Origin: an uncultured virus (IMG/VR IMGVR_UViG_3300025174_000006)
Taxonomy: Duplodnaviria > Heunggongvirae > Uroviricota > Caudoviricetes
Length of the DNA stretch: 64,000 nucleotides
IMG/VR virus record: IMGVR_UViG_3300025174_000006
Direction: 5' to 3' (one strand)
In this document: in pieces, positions 32,506-45,460 of the stretch
Position numbering within the stretch: position 1 is the first letter of the stretch
How the letters are laid out: every line of letters begins with the position of its first letter
Notes under the pieces: model-generated
Seen by the model: only the letters and a program-made list of their open reading frames with translations
Told to the model about the DNA's origin: nothing
Database searches by the model: none
Program-made: the position numbers and the translations under genes

Positions 32506-34780
32506 CTTTAAATTTGAAACTTTACTATTCTTCACCGAATACATGACAAGCAAACGTATCAATGAACTCTTGATCGTTATAGTCGCTGAATTTATCTCCT
32601 ATGATGGTATCATCGCCTTCAAATTTGAACTGGTAATGAAATCCATTCCTCACAGTTCTTATATAGAAGTATTCTTCTCCCTTTTTGTGTTCTATGCCGT
32701 TATTTGCTTCTTTAATGGTGTAAATTCTTTCTTCACCATATTTGGTAATCTTTAAGGATTTTCCTGATAGGATAACTTTAAATCCGTTGTGGGTTATTTT
32801 GTTCATGGGAATAGGTTTTGGTTAGTTTAATTTAATACCTGATTTTTCAATTACTTCTTTTACGTTTCCGCAGGGGAACATCAAACCATTAATATTACCG
32901 TTTCTTAAAAACCTATCTAAATAATGAACTATCATTTCTAAATCGGCTCTACTGCAAGTAATACCAAGAACTTTCACTCCCCTGTATTCACTGTTGTCAA
33001 TTATGTTTTGAACTTTTGCTTTTAAAGCTGTTGCCTTGTTTTTCATGGTGTTTTGTTTTGGTTATAATGTACTATACCAAAAATTAAAACACGGTGTTAC
33101 AAATAAAGGGAGAATAAACGAAGAAAGTCCGAAAAGGGTTTTGTTATTCCCTGTCGGACTTTCTATATGTTGAGCCTTAGCTCTTGTGGCTTATAGCCTA
33201 TGTTTTATTTTTTTCTTTCCGGGGCAGTTAATTTAACAATAAAATGATTGCGATAAACCAAATTTGTTTGGTAAAACGTGCCGGGTAATTGTTTCAATAG
33301 TTTCATTATATAAGTAATTCGGGATTACGCTGCATAAATCCACGTCACGCTCTCTCCGTATTCCTTTACATATAACCATTTCATTTCTTTTTTCCGAGTT
33401 TCTCGCTACGATTCCAAGATTTTCTTCGTTGAATACTTCCGAAGCAACTATTGAAATTCCTAAAATATTCGCAGGTAATTCAATATTAACAATAGAAGTT
33501 TCAAAAATTAGAGGTTGTCCTCTTGCTGATTTTCCATGCTCTGTAATTCTCGGAGCAGTTACCGCCGACAATGTAAAAATAATTTGCGTCAGCATAAAAA
33601 TTAAGCCAATTCGTTTCATGTGTTTTAGTCCTCCTTTGTTTTAATGGTTAATACTACTTTACTACTTGCCTGAGCTTGCGCCTCAAGTTCCTTTGCGTGG
33701 AAATGATACATTTCACATTCGCGATTCATAATCTCTTTTTGCTCCTTCATGCTTTTTTGATTATTTTAAGTTTATTTATAATGTACTATACCAAAATTAA
33801 AAGACAGGTGTTACACTTTTAAAACAATTTATTGTACTTATTTTCGTAGGTAACAGGGAGAACTATCTCTCTTTCAAAAACATCAAACCACGTAGTATCA
33901 GATAATTCATGAAAATCGCCATCTCCAGTAATTTCGTCAATCACTTTTAAATCTTCTTCAAGCACTTCTGCGTTTTTAGTACCTTCGTGTATTATATCAA
34001 CAACGGATTTTACTTCGGCTTTAACTTCTTCAATACTATTATGAACAGTTAAGCCGTGTTCGCCTGATTTGTGGCTCATAAAAAGAATAAATACCTTTTT
34101 CATTTTGTTTGGTTTTAGTTATAAGCAAAATTTCTGTTTTTATTGATAGCGATGGTCATCAGAACAATTTTTTCAGTAAAGTGCATTTTATATTTTTGTT
34201 CTAATAATGTACCTTCTGAATCAATCACTTCCAATTCTTTTTTATCATTCAAATTTTCAGCAGTTGCATATCTTTCGTTTATTTTTTTAAACTCTTCTAA
34301 TAGTTTCGCTTCTTTTTCAACAATTTTAACTATTTTTGCTTCTAAATTTTGTCCGTTGAGTAGCATGATGTTTTAGATTTAGTTGGTTTATAATGTGATA
34401 CTTTGTTGTTTGCAATGTACTATACCAAAAGAAATTGTATTGCGTTACAACTTTATTGAACTATGTTACACAAATACAATATTATGTTTCTTTGCCCAAG
34501 ACTTAGCACGTTGTTCTGCCTTATCTATTTCAGAAGTAAAGCATTTAATAAATCCCCAAGCCTGTCCTACTGGAACAATTCTTGACCGTTGAACATTCCA
34601 CATTCCACCTCTCCAATGAATATAATCAGTAAGAAGGTAATACTTTTGAACTTTGATTTCTGTTTTCGTTTCCATAATGTACTATACAAAAAAGAATTTA
34701 ATCGCGTTACAGAAATATTAGAATAGTTGGCGGATGTTTCTGGAGGAGAAGCCCGTCCAGTAAGGATTTAAACAGATTTT

Positions 34781-34862
34781 GATATACGTAAAATCCAATT
34801 AAATTCCTGTCACGAAAAGAATTTAATTAGTGACAGGATTTCGGATTTATATTTCGTATATC
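34781..34862. repeat. double-dyad element copy 6
   Basis: same spacing. Confidence 0.9.
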
Positions 34863-34900
34863 TATTTTAAAATAAAATTCATCAGCTGGTCGCCGGCTCC

Positions 34901-34991
34901 TGGGATTTTTCGGGATTTTTCGGGATTTGTCAGGATTCGTCGGGATTTTTCGGGATTCGTCGGGATTTTACGGGATTCATCAGGATTTTAC
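34901..34991 (+). repeat. 10-bp tandem repeat, about 9 units
   Basis: CGGGATTTTT variants ending in CAGGATTTTAC. Confidence 0.9.
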
Positions 34992-35440
34992 CAAAAACAA
35001 AAAAGCCACACATTTCTGCATGGCTCTTTAAATAAAATTTGCTCAACTTATAACTACGCTTGATTCCCCTTAATTGTTGTGACTCGTTCGGGTATTGTAT
35101 CTGGTTTCAATGCGTTTATATTTATTTGTGTATCTGTTGCTTGGATAAATTCTTTTTTAAGGTCAGCCCAAAATCCAATTCTTTCAATTTCTAACATAAT
35201 ATGTTTTTTTAAATAAATATGATTGATTTTAACGTGTATAAATTAAACCATCATTTTTTGCCTTAAGACGTTCTTTCATGCTTCCATCTTTCTTTAGACA
35301 TTCTTCAACTGGAAAATCCCGATAATGTGTTGCGCCTTCTCCAAACTTAATTTCCAATGCCGTTGGCTTTCTATGGTACGTTAATTCTTTTATATTCCTT
35401 TCTGCAAAAATTTCTTTGTCGGTAGGAAGTGCTTTCTTTT

Positions 35441-35671
35441 TCATTTGCTTTGGTTTTTTAAATCGTCAGGAAGTCCAACACCATCAAAATTATAATTTCC
35501 TTTTTTACATTCTGCAAGTTCAGCATCACACGCTTCTCTGTATTTCGGATGCAGTTTTTCTTTATCTATACAAGAGATACATAAAATTTCTCTGTTGAAC
35601 ATAGACATTTTTGTAATGTTATTGGTGGGTTCATTACACCTATCGCAGATACCTTTTACTTTCTCGTCCAT
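35441..35671 (-). CDS. small Zn-finger-like phage protein
   Basis: CDRC...SMFN..ILCISC...GNYNFDGVG. Confidence 0.65.
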   Translation of the reverse strand: MDEKVKGICDRCNEPTNNITKMSMFNREILCISCIDKEKLHPKYREACDAELAECKKGNYNFDGVGLPDDLKNQSK

Positions 35672-37126
35672 GACATTTTATTTTGGTTATAATGTACTAT
35701 ACAAAAAATTAAATTGTTGCGTTACAACTTCGTTGGGTTTCACCACAGATTTTTACCCTACCTGTTTTACTTTACCACACTCTTTGCAAATCCAATGATG
35801 TTTATCGCACACTTCTGATACACCATCATCAACGTATATAGCCTTAGTATCACACTCACATTTACACCAAAAATCATCGCTTTCTTCATTTATCTCTTCG
35901 ATTTGTTCTTTAGCATCGCGTTCCTTTTGTAAATTTTTAATAACTTTCCCATCACGAACTTCAAGCGGCCATCCGTATTTAATAAAATCTTTCCCTTTAA
36001 TGTTTGTTTCATTGGTTCTACGAACTCCTTTTTTGTGAGTTATGTTATCTCTTGTCCGAGAATGTGAGCCGGAAGTTTCGCCAAAGTGTTTTTTGTCTTT
36101 ATGCTTTTTGCGGTCTTTAGCAGTGTACTCTTCTCCCTTATATTTTTTTTTTGTCTTGCTCATTTGATTTCAGTTTTACCATTAATGTTAATTACAATGT
36201 ACTATACGAACTTTAATTCTTTTGCGTTACAACTTCGTTGAACTTCGTTACAAGTTATACCATTTCTTCCACATTTGCACCTAATTCTGCTAATACATTT
36301 GAAACGCTAATCATTCTTACTGTGTCTGTTTCAGAAATACACTCGGTGTCAATTTTGTGATAAGCAACTTCAAGAAGGGTTCCGATTTCATCTACATGGT
36401 CTTCTTCTACATACAAAGACGCTGATTCCTTCATTTGAATTCTTTCAGCTTCATTGCTCGTAAAGTAGTCAATAAAATTCTCAATTATCATTAACTTAAA
36501 TTCATCTGTTTTTTTCATGGCTTTATTGTTTGGTTGATTAATTTTTACTTCTCCAGATTTTTATTGCATCTTTTATAGAGTAAAACAAAAATTTTTTCCC
36601 TTGAATGTTAACAACTCCATTACTGTATTTATAAGCATAAACGCCATTTCTAACTTTTGTTTTACTGATTGGGGTTGCGAATAAGTCAGGTTGCATTTGC
36701 TTTTAAGTTTTGGTTTGTAATGTACTATACAAAATTAAATAATATTACGTTACACTTTGCCACAATTCTTTAATTCAGTTTCAGTAGCTATTTTGAATAA
36801 CTCCCAAAACTGTTTGCTTTCCAATAAACACAACTGAATAACACCAAATAACTCCAACATGGTTTTCCGATTATCTCTTTCATTCCATTCTAAAAGATAA
36901 TAATAACATCGTGCAGGAACTTCTATATCATCTAAGCATTTTTTCATAATGTACTGCCGTTAGGCGTATGTTATTTATAACGTACTATACGAAAAAGAAT
37001 TGAGCCATGTTACACGTTACGGGTGCGTTTAGGATTTTACAACAATTAATTGCATCTAACGGATGGCGGATATACGCAGTTTTGCAGCGTTTTGCAGCGA
37101 AAATTTAAGTGATTTTAAAACTAAAA

Positions 37127-37208
37127 GATATACGTAAAATCCAATTCAATTTGTGTCACGAATTTAATTCTTTTCGTGACATAATCTCATTTTTATATTT
37201 CGTATATC
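37127..37208. repeat. double-dyad element copy 7
   Basis: same spacing. Confidence 0.9.
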
Positions 37209-38080
37209 AAAATCAAAGTAAAATTCCACTGCGGAGCCTCCAGGAAATCTAAAGTTCCGGTGCTTCAGAACTTTGGGCATCAGGATTTTACCACAAAACA
37301 AAAACCCCAACATTTCTGCCGGGGCTTTTTTATTAATCTTTTATCTAATATATAAGTAATCATTATTATAAATTACCTCTTGGGGGCATCTCTTGTCCGA
37401 TTCATCTCGTCTGAGTTTAAGGGTTAATACTAATTAACGCGAATAATGTGTTTAGCTACCAATTCAGCTACAATTACGCTGTTTATTTTTTGTATTGCTT
37501 GGTCTATTGTAAGTCCTAAAAGCAACCATTGTTTTAAGTCCATGTGATTTAATATTAAAGTTAACGTTTGAGTTTATAAATTGCGATTTCCACAAGTACA
37601 ACAATATTTTGCTATCATTAACCTGTTAGTTTTGCAATGATTACAGTAGTGGTTGATTTTTGCTACAACGTATTTTACTTCTGCATTGACAACTTTTGAT
37701 TTGGATTTTATTTCTGTCGTTTCCATGACTTTAAGTTTTGGTTTGTAATGTACTGCCTTCGGCGGCGTTCTTAACGCACTATACCAAAAGAAATTGTATT
37801 GTGTTACAAAAACGGAGTTAATCCCAATCTTTTGCAAGTTCAATGTTTTCTATTAATGTTGAATTACTTTTTAACCATTGGATAGGTTCAGGACAGTTTG
37901 GAGTTTGATCGATTACTGCAACACCATAGTATTTATTGGATTTCCAAATTTCTTTTGCTTGGTCAACTGCAGTCTTAAATGGAAGTCCAGTTGCAACTGG
38001 AACTGCTCCATGCACATCGCTTTTAAATGTGGCTATTTCAAATTTTGTTGTGGCGTTTTTCATGGTTGGTTGTTTTTTGT

Positions 38081-38419
38081 TTAAAATTTATAGTCAGCAA
38101 TCTTTTCAATTTTTTCATCCAATAGATTAAAAATTTCATCTATATAAATTTCATTAAAAATCTGCTGTATTGTTCCTTGCGTAGAAGTTAAATAAATATC
38201 AAAGGCATCCATAAAATTAAGATAAATATAAACATGACCTTTGTGGTGATGCCCATTAACTTTGAAACGCAAAGCTGATTCAGTCATTTTAGTAAAGCCA
38301 TGAGCTCCCCAAGACCAAAATTTTGCTTTATGGGCATAAAGAAAATCTACAATCTCTTTATGATCCATTATTCTCCCCTCCCTTAATCCTTCAATATTTA
38401 TTTTTTCTCCGATTTTCAT
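38081..38419 (-). CDS. phage hypothetical protein
   Basis: SWGAH...LRFKVNGHHHKGHVYI; own promoter. Confidence 0.7.
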   Translation of the reverse strand: MKIGEKINIEGLREGRIMDHKEIVDFLYAHKAKFWSWGAHGFTKMTESALRFKVNGHHHKGHVYIYLNFMDAFDIYLTSTQGTIQQIFNEIYIDEIFNLLDEKIEKIADYKF

Positions 38420-38469
38420 GGTTGGTTATTTTGGTTATAATGGACTATACGAATTTTAATTCTTTCGTG

Positions 38470-38874
38470 TTACAAATCTCCTTTAATTCCAAGTTTATCT
38501 TTCCGCTCCTTTGCCATTTCTTCCAGTTTTAATTGAAAACTACTTTTTTTCTTGGGAAGCATCCAACCGTCTGTTTGTACTGGTGCAGAAGTAGCAGAAT
38601 TTTCCTTTAAAAGACGCCTATTATCTTTGTATCTGCCACTTTTAGGGAGAATTATATTTAAAATTCCTAATGCAATAATAGATGCAAGCATAGTAAGTAA
38701 AATCACAATTCCACTTGTATAAACAATCATTACTATAACAAGTATGATTTTGATTAATCCAAGCCATTCAGTTTGTGGTATCGCGTTTATAATTAGGTCA
38801 TACAACAGAGTATCTAAATATATGACAAACCAAGCGCAAAGACCTACGATAATAATTTTTAATAATGTGTTCAT
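38470..38874 (-). CDS. membrane protein
   Basis: 2-3 hydrophobic segments. Confidence 0.65.
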   Translation of the reverse strand: MNTLLKIIIVGLCAWFVIYLDTLLYDLIINAIPQTEWLGLIKIILVIVMIVYTSGIVILLTMLASIIALGILNIILPKSGRYKDNRRLLKENSATSAPVQTDGWMLPKKKSSFQLKLEEMAKERKDKLGIKGDL

Positions 38875-38886
38875 GTTTTTTTGGTT

Positions 38887-39180
38887 TTAAGGTTTGATTT
38901 CTATTTGTTTTGTGTTTCCGTTCCAATCTCCAATTCTCCCCTCCCATACCCTTCCGTTATATGATACGTGAGCGATGATTTTATTGTTTTCATCGAGTAT
39001 CTCCCCGCCACTCCAGTTACCACTCCCCAAATCATTATTATCAATAAAATCTCGACAAACATCACTTGCTTCTTTGAAAGACGTTACGGTAACAACTTTA
39101 TTCTTTTCAGAGCCGTATAATCTTTGATTTGGATTTTGACCGAAGTCGGGATTTCCTACTGAACTTAATTTGACTTTCAT
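38887..39180 (-). CDS. phage hypothetical protein
   Basis: GNPDFGQ...GNWSGG...SYNGRVW; own promoter. Confidence 0.7.
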   Translation of the reverse strand: MKVKLSSVGNPDFGQNPNQRLYGSEKNKVVTVTSFKEASDVCRDFIDNNDLGSGNWSGGEILDENNKIIAHVSYNGRVWEGRIGDWNGNTKQIEIKP

Positions 39181-40277
39181 GGAATATGGTTTTTGGTTTG
39201 TAGTGTACTATACCAATTTTAATTTAAGGGTGTTACAGATATAATCCAATTTCTTTAATGTCCTTTTTCATTTGTTTTTCAAATGAAGTGCCCGAAACAT
39301 CATATTGTTCAGACTCATCATTAAGAATTGCTACTACAATTGCTTTCGGAATAAGCATTGGATTGGAATTTGGACTCCAAGCATCAATGTCTATTGCTCC
39401 ACAATTAAGAGCTTTATCAACTTTTTTCTTCGCTTGTTCAAAACTTTCTTTTAACATTTGAACTGCCAACTTTTTGATTTGAGATTTCTTTTTATTTGTC
39501 ATGATTTTTTATTTAGTTTGATAAACAATTTGGTGTACTGTTCTAACTTTACCGCTTTCGAGGATTTTACTTGAACTTTCTTCTACGAAAAACACTTTGT
39601 TTTTGAACGCTTGTTTCATTAAGTTTGCTTTTTGTCTTGCTTTGCCGATTGGAACAATACCTTTTGTCCTATCACATTTATAAGTATCAATAGGTTCTCT
39701 TTGACCACTTACTTCGTTATTGTGAGTTGAAAATATTTTATAATCTAAAGGAACAAGTATAAAATTTTCTTCTTCAACTACTTCAATGCTTTTTGTAATA
39801 TTCAAATCACATATCACATCTAAGTTCAAACTATCTAAATCTCCAAATATGTCATCAATTTCCATAGCTTTAAGTTGTTGGTTATAATGTACTATACCAA
39901 AAAAAATTGGATTGCGTTACATATCAGTTAAACATAAATGAGAATTTTTAGACAAAACGTCCTTATAAAACTCCTGCTTTTCAACAATTTCCTGTTCAAC
40001 TGTTTTTTCAGCTTCCCATATATCTATTTTTTTTGTTTGATAGTAAGAAAGTTTCCAACATTTGCGGATTCCTTTAATTGCTTCTTTTTTGTTATTAGCA
40101 TTAATGCTATAACAATTTGCACTTTCTGATAAATAATACTTATATCTTTTCATAATGTACTATACAAGAAAAAAACGAATTTCGTTACAACTTCGTTGGG
40201 TTACACCACAAATATCCGTGCATAAAAACTGGGACTCCAGCCGGCGTACATCTCTGGCGTAAAAATCCTAAATATTT

Positions 40278-40359
40278 GATATACGTAAAATCCAATTCAA
40301 TTTCTGTCACGAATTAATTTATTTTTGTGACAGGATTTCACTTTTATATTTCGTATATC
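40278..40359. repeat. double-dyad element copy 8
   Basis: same spacing. Confidence 0.9.
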
Positions 40360-41580
40360 CTTATCCGGTAAAATCCTCTAGCTGGCCACCGCCTGGGGAA
40401 TTTTTTTCAAGCTCTTACTTTGGGCATCAGGATTTTACACAAAACAAAAAGCCCCAACATTTCTGTTGAGGCCTTTGTCAATAAGTTCACTCCGTATTAC
40501 TCCGCAGTGCCTATTCGAGGAAAATGGTGCGCCATATCCCTATATTAAAAAAACTTAATTTCTGATTTTGGAAAATTATATTTAATACCTTGAACAATAG
40601 TTAAGTGAATAACCGCATAATCTCCATTCATATACTCTATAAGCTGTCCTACTTTTATGGCTGGACAACCAATAGTATTAACACGAAATAAATCCCATCT
40701 GTTGTTTATTTGTCCGAAATTATCTTCTTGTGTAGTTGGTTTACTCGCACAATTAAATTCATTATTTTGTATTTTTACAACTTTTTTATCTGTGTTCATG
40801 GCTTTGGGTTTTGTTATGTCGTACTATACAAAAGAAATTAAAACTACGTTACAACTCCGTTGAACTTTGTTACACATAAAACGCTTTAACACTCATATTA
40901 AAATATTTAATTTTTGATACAGGTTCAAACAAATCATTAATGATTATTTTATCTACAATAGGAATAGATTTGATTTTCAGACTCGTACTTTCTCCATAGG
41001 CTTCGATTTCTACTTCTCTACGCATTATCTTTACATTTACAAACCCTGCTGAATACACTTTTTTAAAACCTTTAGCTACTTGTTTGTGAATTGTGTTTTC
41101 ATTAAATAATATAGCACCGCTGTCAGTAATTATGTATTTGAATATTGGCATAGATACACTCTTAATTCATTGAATATTTTATATGGGTTTCTGGATATAG
41201 ATTTTTATCACCTAACCACACATACAAAACTATCCACGAAGGGAATTTCTTTAATTCATAATTTAAAATAGGTTGAAAGCATTTCAAATTAGCCCTCATG
41301 TCTAACCATTCATTTTCAATATAACCTCTGAATTTTATGTTTTTATTTTCCATCACTTAAATGTTGGTTGTAATGTACTATACGAAAAAGAATAGAGCTA
41401 TGTTACAACTCATCATCTTTAGATTTGTGTTTTGTTTTTCTACTATGTTTAGTTCCGCTACACATATAACAGCTACAAGGCTTACCCTGCTCTTTATATT
41501 CATAGTGTTCTTTAGGATTTAAGCCTAATTCGTTACACCTCTTCTTCTGTTTTAGTTTAGATATCTCTTGTCGTCTTGCC

Positions 41581-41736
41581 TTATTCATTATCGTTTTTAG
41601 ATTTTTTACGGTTGTACTTTGTTTTGTCTTTAAAAGTTTTAGGCATAAACCTACCATCGTATGCACCAGCTTCTTTCATAGCTTCACGCTTACGTTCTAA
41701 TATTAAGGATTTTACGGTACGTTTTTTCTTTGCCAT
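41581..41736 (-). CDS. small basic protein, loosely ArfA-like
   Basis: GAYDGRFMPKTFKDKTKYNRKK. Confidence 0.45.
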   Translation of the reverse strand: MAKKKRTVKSLILERKREAMKEAGAYDGRFMPKTFKDKTKYNRKKSKNDNE

Positions 41737-42114
41737 TATGATTTGATTAATTTGCACAAAGTTTATCTTGGTCTTTAACACTTATTTTTATTCCAGTACT
41801 CAACATTTGCTTATAAGAGTTAATAATATCTCTTTGATTTTCTATCGTTTGTCTTTGAAATTCTGATGAACTTTCTTTAAGGTAGTACGCTTTTCTCCAA
41901 TTAATAACATTTTTAATCAAACGAACAATAAGAAGCATTGCCATTCCTAATAAAATTGCGAGTATCATTGTGGTTGTTGTCATAGTTTTAAATTATTGGT
42001 TATTGTACTATACAAATATAAATAGTATTACGTTACGAAAAATCAGAATAACATGGCGGATGTTTCTGGAGAAGCCCGTCGCCGGCGAGTTCTGGAGCTA
42101 TTTTTGATTTATTA

Positions 42115-42196
42115 GATATACGTTTAATCAAAGCCAATTTGTGTCACGAAAAGAATTTAATTAGTGACAGGATTTCGGGTTTAAATTTCGTATATC
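42115..42196. repeat. double-dyad element copy 9
   Basis: same spacing. Confidence 0.9.
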
Positions 42197-42365
42197 TAAA
42201 TTAAAAGAAAAATCCTGTTCTGGAGCCTCCTGGCCGGATTTCCTTCAGCTTCAGTTTCTTGCGGTGAATGGGTTAGTTTAACTCCGCAAAAGTGCGTCGA
42301 ACAGAAAACAAAAAACCCCCGCATTTCTGCAAAGGGCTTTCTGAACCAACCAATAAATTAAAAAG

Positions 42366-42438
42366 TGGAAAGGGTAGGAATTGAACCCACGACACGAGTG
42401 CTTTCGACACCCTGCTCTACCAACTGAGCTACCTCACC
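42366..42438 (-). tRNA. tRNA-Phe(GAA)-like gene with a non-canonical anticodon loop
   Basis: GGTGAGGTAGCTCAGTTGGTAGAGCA-GGGTG-TCGAAAG-CACTC...GGTTCAATTCC. Confidence 0.72.
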
Positions 42439-43000
42439 ATAGTTTCGTTCTTCCTGATGTTAGGCATTTATACTCAAGCATCTTCCCCGAACGACAAAGG
42501 CTTGAGATTTTCTTTAATGGCGCATGATTTCTAAGTTTTAGTGAGTCGTTATCTCGTTAATAATGTTGCTTTAGAATGTACTATACGAATTTTAATTCTT
42601 TGGTGTTACAATTTTATTTCTTTTTCAGTTCCGCAAATAGCACAGGTGCTTCTTTTTGGATCAGAAATAGTTGGAGTTTCAGCATCGCATAGAATACATT
42701 TATGATAAGCCAATTTAACTTTATTAGCATAATCATAAACTGCTGTTGCTCCAGTTGCAGTATATAACTTTTCACATATCTCTCTTGTTACATTAGCTAA
42801 ACTCTCTCTAAGAAATTTCGGTTTTTGTGGTTTCCTTGCCATAGCGTTATAATTTGTTTTTAATCAGCCTACCACTTGTTGTCTTTAGTGCCTCGACATC
42901 TTTTGACCAATTTTATTGGCTCGATTTCTCTGCTGATAATGTACTATACAAAATTAAATCGGATTGCGTTACAAAAAGAATATAATAGGGAGAGTTTATT

Positions 43001-43822
43001 TTAGATAAGTGTTTTAAGATACAAAACAAAAGCGTTCATATCTACCTCATTTGCGTTTTCAAATTTATCATTTATTGAATGGCAAAGACTCCATGTATAA
43101 CAAAAACCTCTTGTTATTACATTGTTCATACACACATCATTTAAAGAACCAATACAAATGCTTGGAAGTCCATTTTTTTCAAAAGTATTTGAATCACTTG
43201 GCGGTATTCTAACCCTACGGATTTCGGGCTTATCAATCATATTTGACATTCTATAACCCATCCAATAATTTTGCCCATTTGCCGTGAGTTCTAACACAAA
43301 TATTTTATTCACATTTCCATATTTGTTTTCTAATATTTGTTTAGCTATTTTTGTTGCACCCGATGTTGTTAAACTCACTCTTTCTTCCGAATCGTTAAAA
43401 CATATTACTACATTGTTTGCTGGTTTTTCTTTTGATAATTGAATACATAAATCCAAGAGATTACATACACTCGCACTGTTATCTTGACATGATTCACTAT
43501 TTATATTTGCAACGTCATGGTGTGCCGTAAATATAGTAGTTATTTCTTTATTATGTCCTTCAATCTCAACTACAATATTAACTTCGGCAGGCAATCCTTC
43601 AACAAAGTCAGGAACGTCCAAAATCGGTTGATACATACTAACAATAAATTTTATATCATTAATTTCAAGTTGGTGCATAATATACTGCACTCTATTTGTA
43701 ATTGGGTTTAAGTTATTTGTGAAAGCATTAAAGTCTGCATTGAACGCACATAACTCACGGAGCATTTCATACCCATTCTTAATTTTTATCGGCTTTTCTA
43801 TTTTCTCTGTATCTGTGTCCAT
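43001..43822 (-). CDS. M28-family Zn peptidase, paralogue of 12116-13099, probably leaderless
   Basis: AHHD, QDNSASVCNLL, DSEE, LELT, PPSD and CHS motifs. Confidence 0.8.
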   Translation of the reverse strand: MDTDTEKIEKPIKIKNGYEMLRELCAFNADFNAFTNNLNPITNRVQYIMHQLEINDIKFIVSMYQPILDVPDFVEGLPAEVNIVVEIEGHNKEITTIFTAHHDVANINSESCQDNSASVCNLLDLCIQLSKEKPANNVVICFNDSEERVSLTTSGATKIAKQILENKYGNVNKIFVLELTANGQNYWMGYRMSNMIDKPEIRRVRIPPSDSNTFEKNGLPSICIGSLNDVCMNNVITRGFCYTWSLCHSINDKFENANEVDMNAFVLYLKTLI

Positions 43823-43952
43823 AATGTACTATACGAAATATAATTTATATTTGTTACAAAGTTAATATTAAATAATTGCAAATGAAACAGTTAAAACAAA
43901 ACGAGAACTACTGGAGAAGCTCCGTCGAGCTGGTTCTAAATTATTTATTCGA

Positions 43953-44034
43953 GATATACGTAAAATCCAACTCAATTTGTGTCACGAATTAAATTATTTT
44001 CGTGACAGGATTTCGCTTTTATATTTCGTATATC
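43953..44034. repeat. double-dyad element copy 10
   Basis: same spacing. Confidence 0.9.
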
Positions 44035-44698
44035 CTTATCTGGTAAAAATCCACGAGCTGGACGCCTGGCCAGGAATTTCCTTCAGCTCCTCCGGGGTAA
44101 ACTATATTTTGGCACCAGTTTCAATCTGCTGTCGAATTATAGAAAACAAAAAACCCCTGCATTTCTGCAAGGGCTTCTCGTACCAACCAACCAATAATTT
44201 ACATTTTCGCCTTCTCAATGGCTTTTACAATATCTTTTATTCCAATGTTTTGAGTTTTGCTTGCATATAAATAACTTTGAATGTATGCTTCCGAGTAACC
44301 TGTTTTTACCATTGCTTTAGCTTTTAATTCTAAAGGTGGTATTTCATACATTTGGGCACGTTGCTTATCTCTTAAAATTTGCAAGTTGCGTTCAGCTTCT
44401 TTGATTTCACTTTTTAATGGATTTTTCATAGTTACATTTGTTTTTCAGTACTTACAATAACGGAATTTCCATCTTCTTTACAAAGTAGTGTTCCTTCAAT
44501 TTGAACATTAACACAACCTTTTTCAGATAGTTGTTCTAATTCAAAAATTAGTTTGTTTATGTTTATCGTTTCCATTGTGTTTAATTGTTGGTTATAATGT
44601 ACTATACCAAAAATAAAATTACTGCGTTACAATAATATATCCCGTGCATAAAACTGGGACTCCAGCCGGCGAGCTCTGGTGTAAAATCCTAAATTTAT

Positions 44699-44780
44699 AA
44701 TATACACTTAATCAAACTCAATTTGTGTCACAAAATAAATTCTTTTCGTGACAAACTATCACTTTTAGTTTGCGTATATC
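44699..44780. repeat. double-dyad element copy 11
   Basis: left box degenerate (AATATACA). Confidence 0.85.
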
Positions 44781-45460
44781 TCCCTAAGGTAAAATACACC
44801 ACCGGCCAGCCTGCTGAGCCCAGGAATTTTTCAGGAATAGGCATCAGGATTTCATTTTGGCTTTAAGTGGGTCAAAAACATGAGTTATGGCCAAAAACAA
44901 AAAACCCCTGCATTTCTGCAAGGGCTTTCTGAACCGAACCAACCAATGTATTATATTTCTCTTCGTATTTCTCTGCGTGATTCTAATATTTTTGAATTGG
45001 GATACCAAAAACTTTGCTTGTGTATTTGAGAGTACCCTTTCTCCCCCGTGAAATAATCAACCCAAAATGCGAACAGTTCTATTTCGCCATTCTTGTCCTC
45101 TGTCAGCAACAATGTCCTTGATAACTCTTTTAACTGTGCAAATCTTTTCATTGCCCAATCTCCATAACTGAATCGGTCTTTCCAAAAATGATATGCGACC
45201 TCTCTCCCTCATTGTTCATCAACAGCACGATGTAGGATTTTACGTTCATTTTCCTCATTTTTGAAAACATAGGGAAAGTTAGCTAATATGTAGGGAGTGC
45301 TTAGTATCATTATATTTTTTGAGATTTCGGGTGTTTTATTTTTTTGTTTTTCAACAAAGTCTGATAAGCCTTACCATACTTATCGTTTGAATACTTACCA
45401 CGACTAACTTTTTCTTTTTCTGCTTTCATAATGTACTATACAAGTTTTAATTCTTCTGCG

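Noticed and set aside
37430..37543. GTAGCTGAATTGGTAGC resembling a tRNA D-arm
   Set aside because: No T-arm or acceptor stem; it lies within a short ORF (MDLKQWLLL...).
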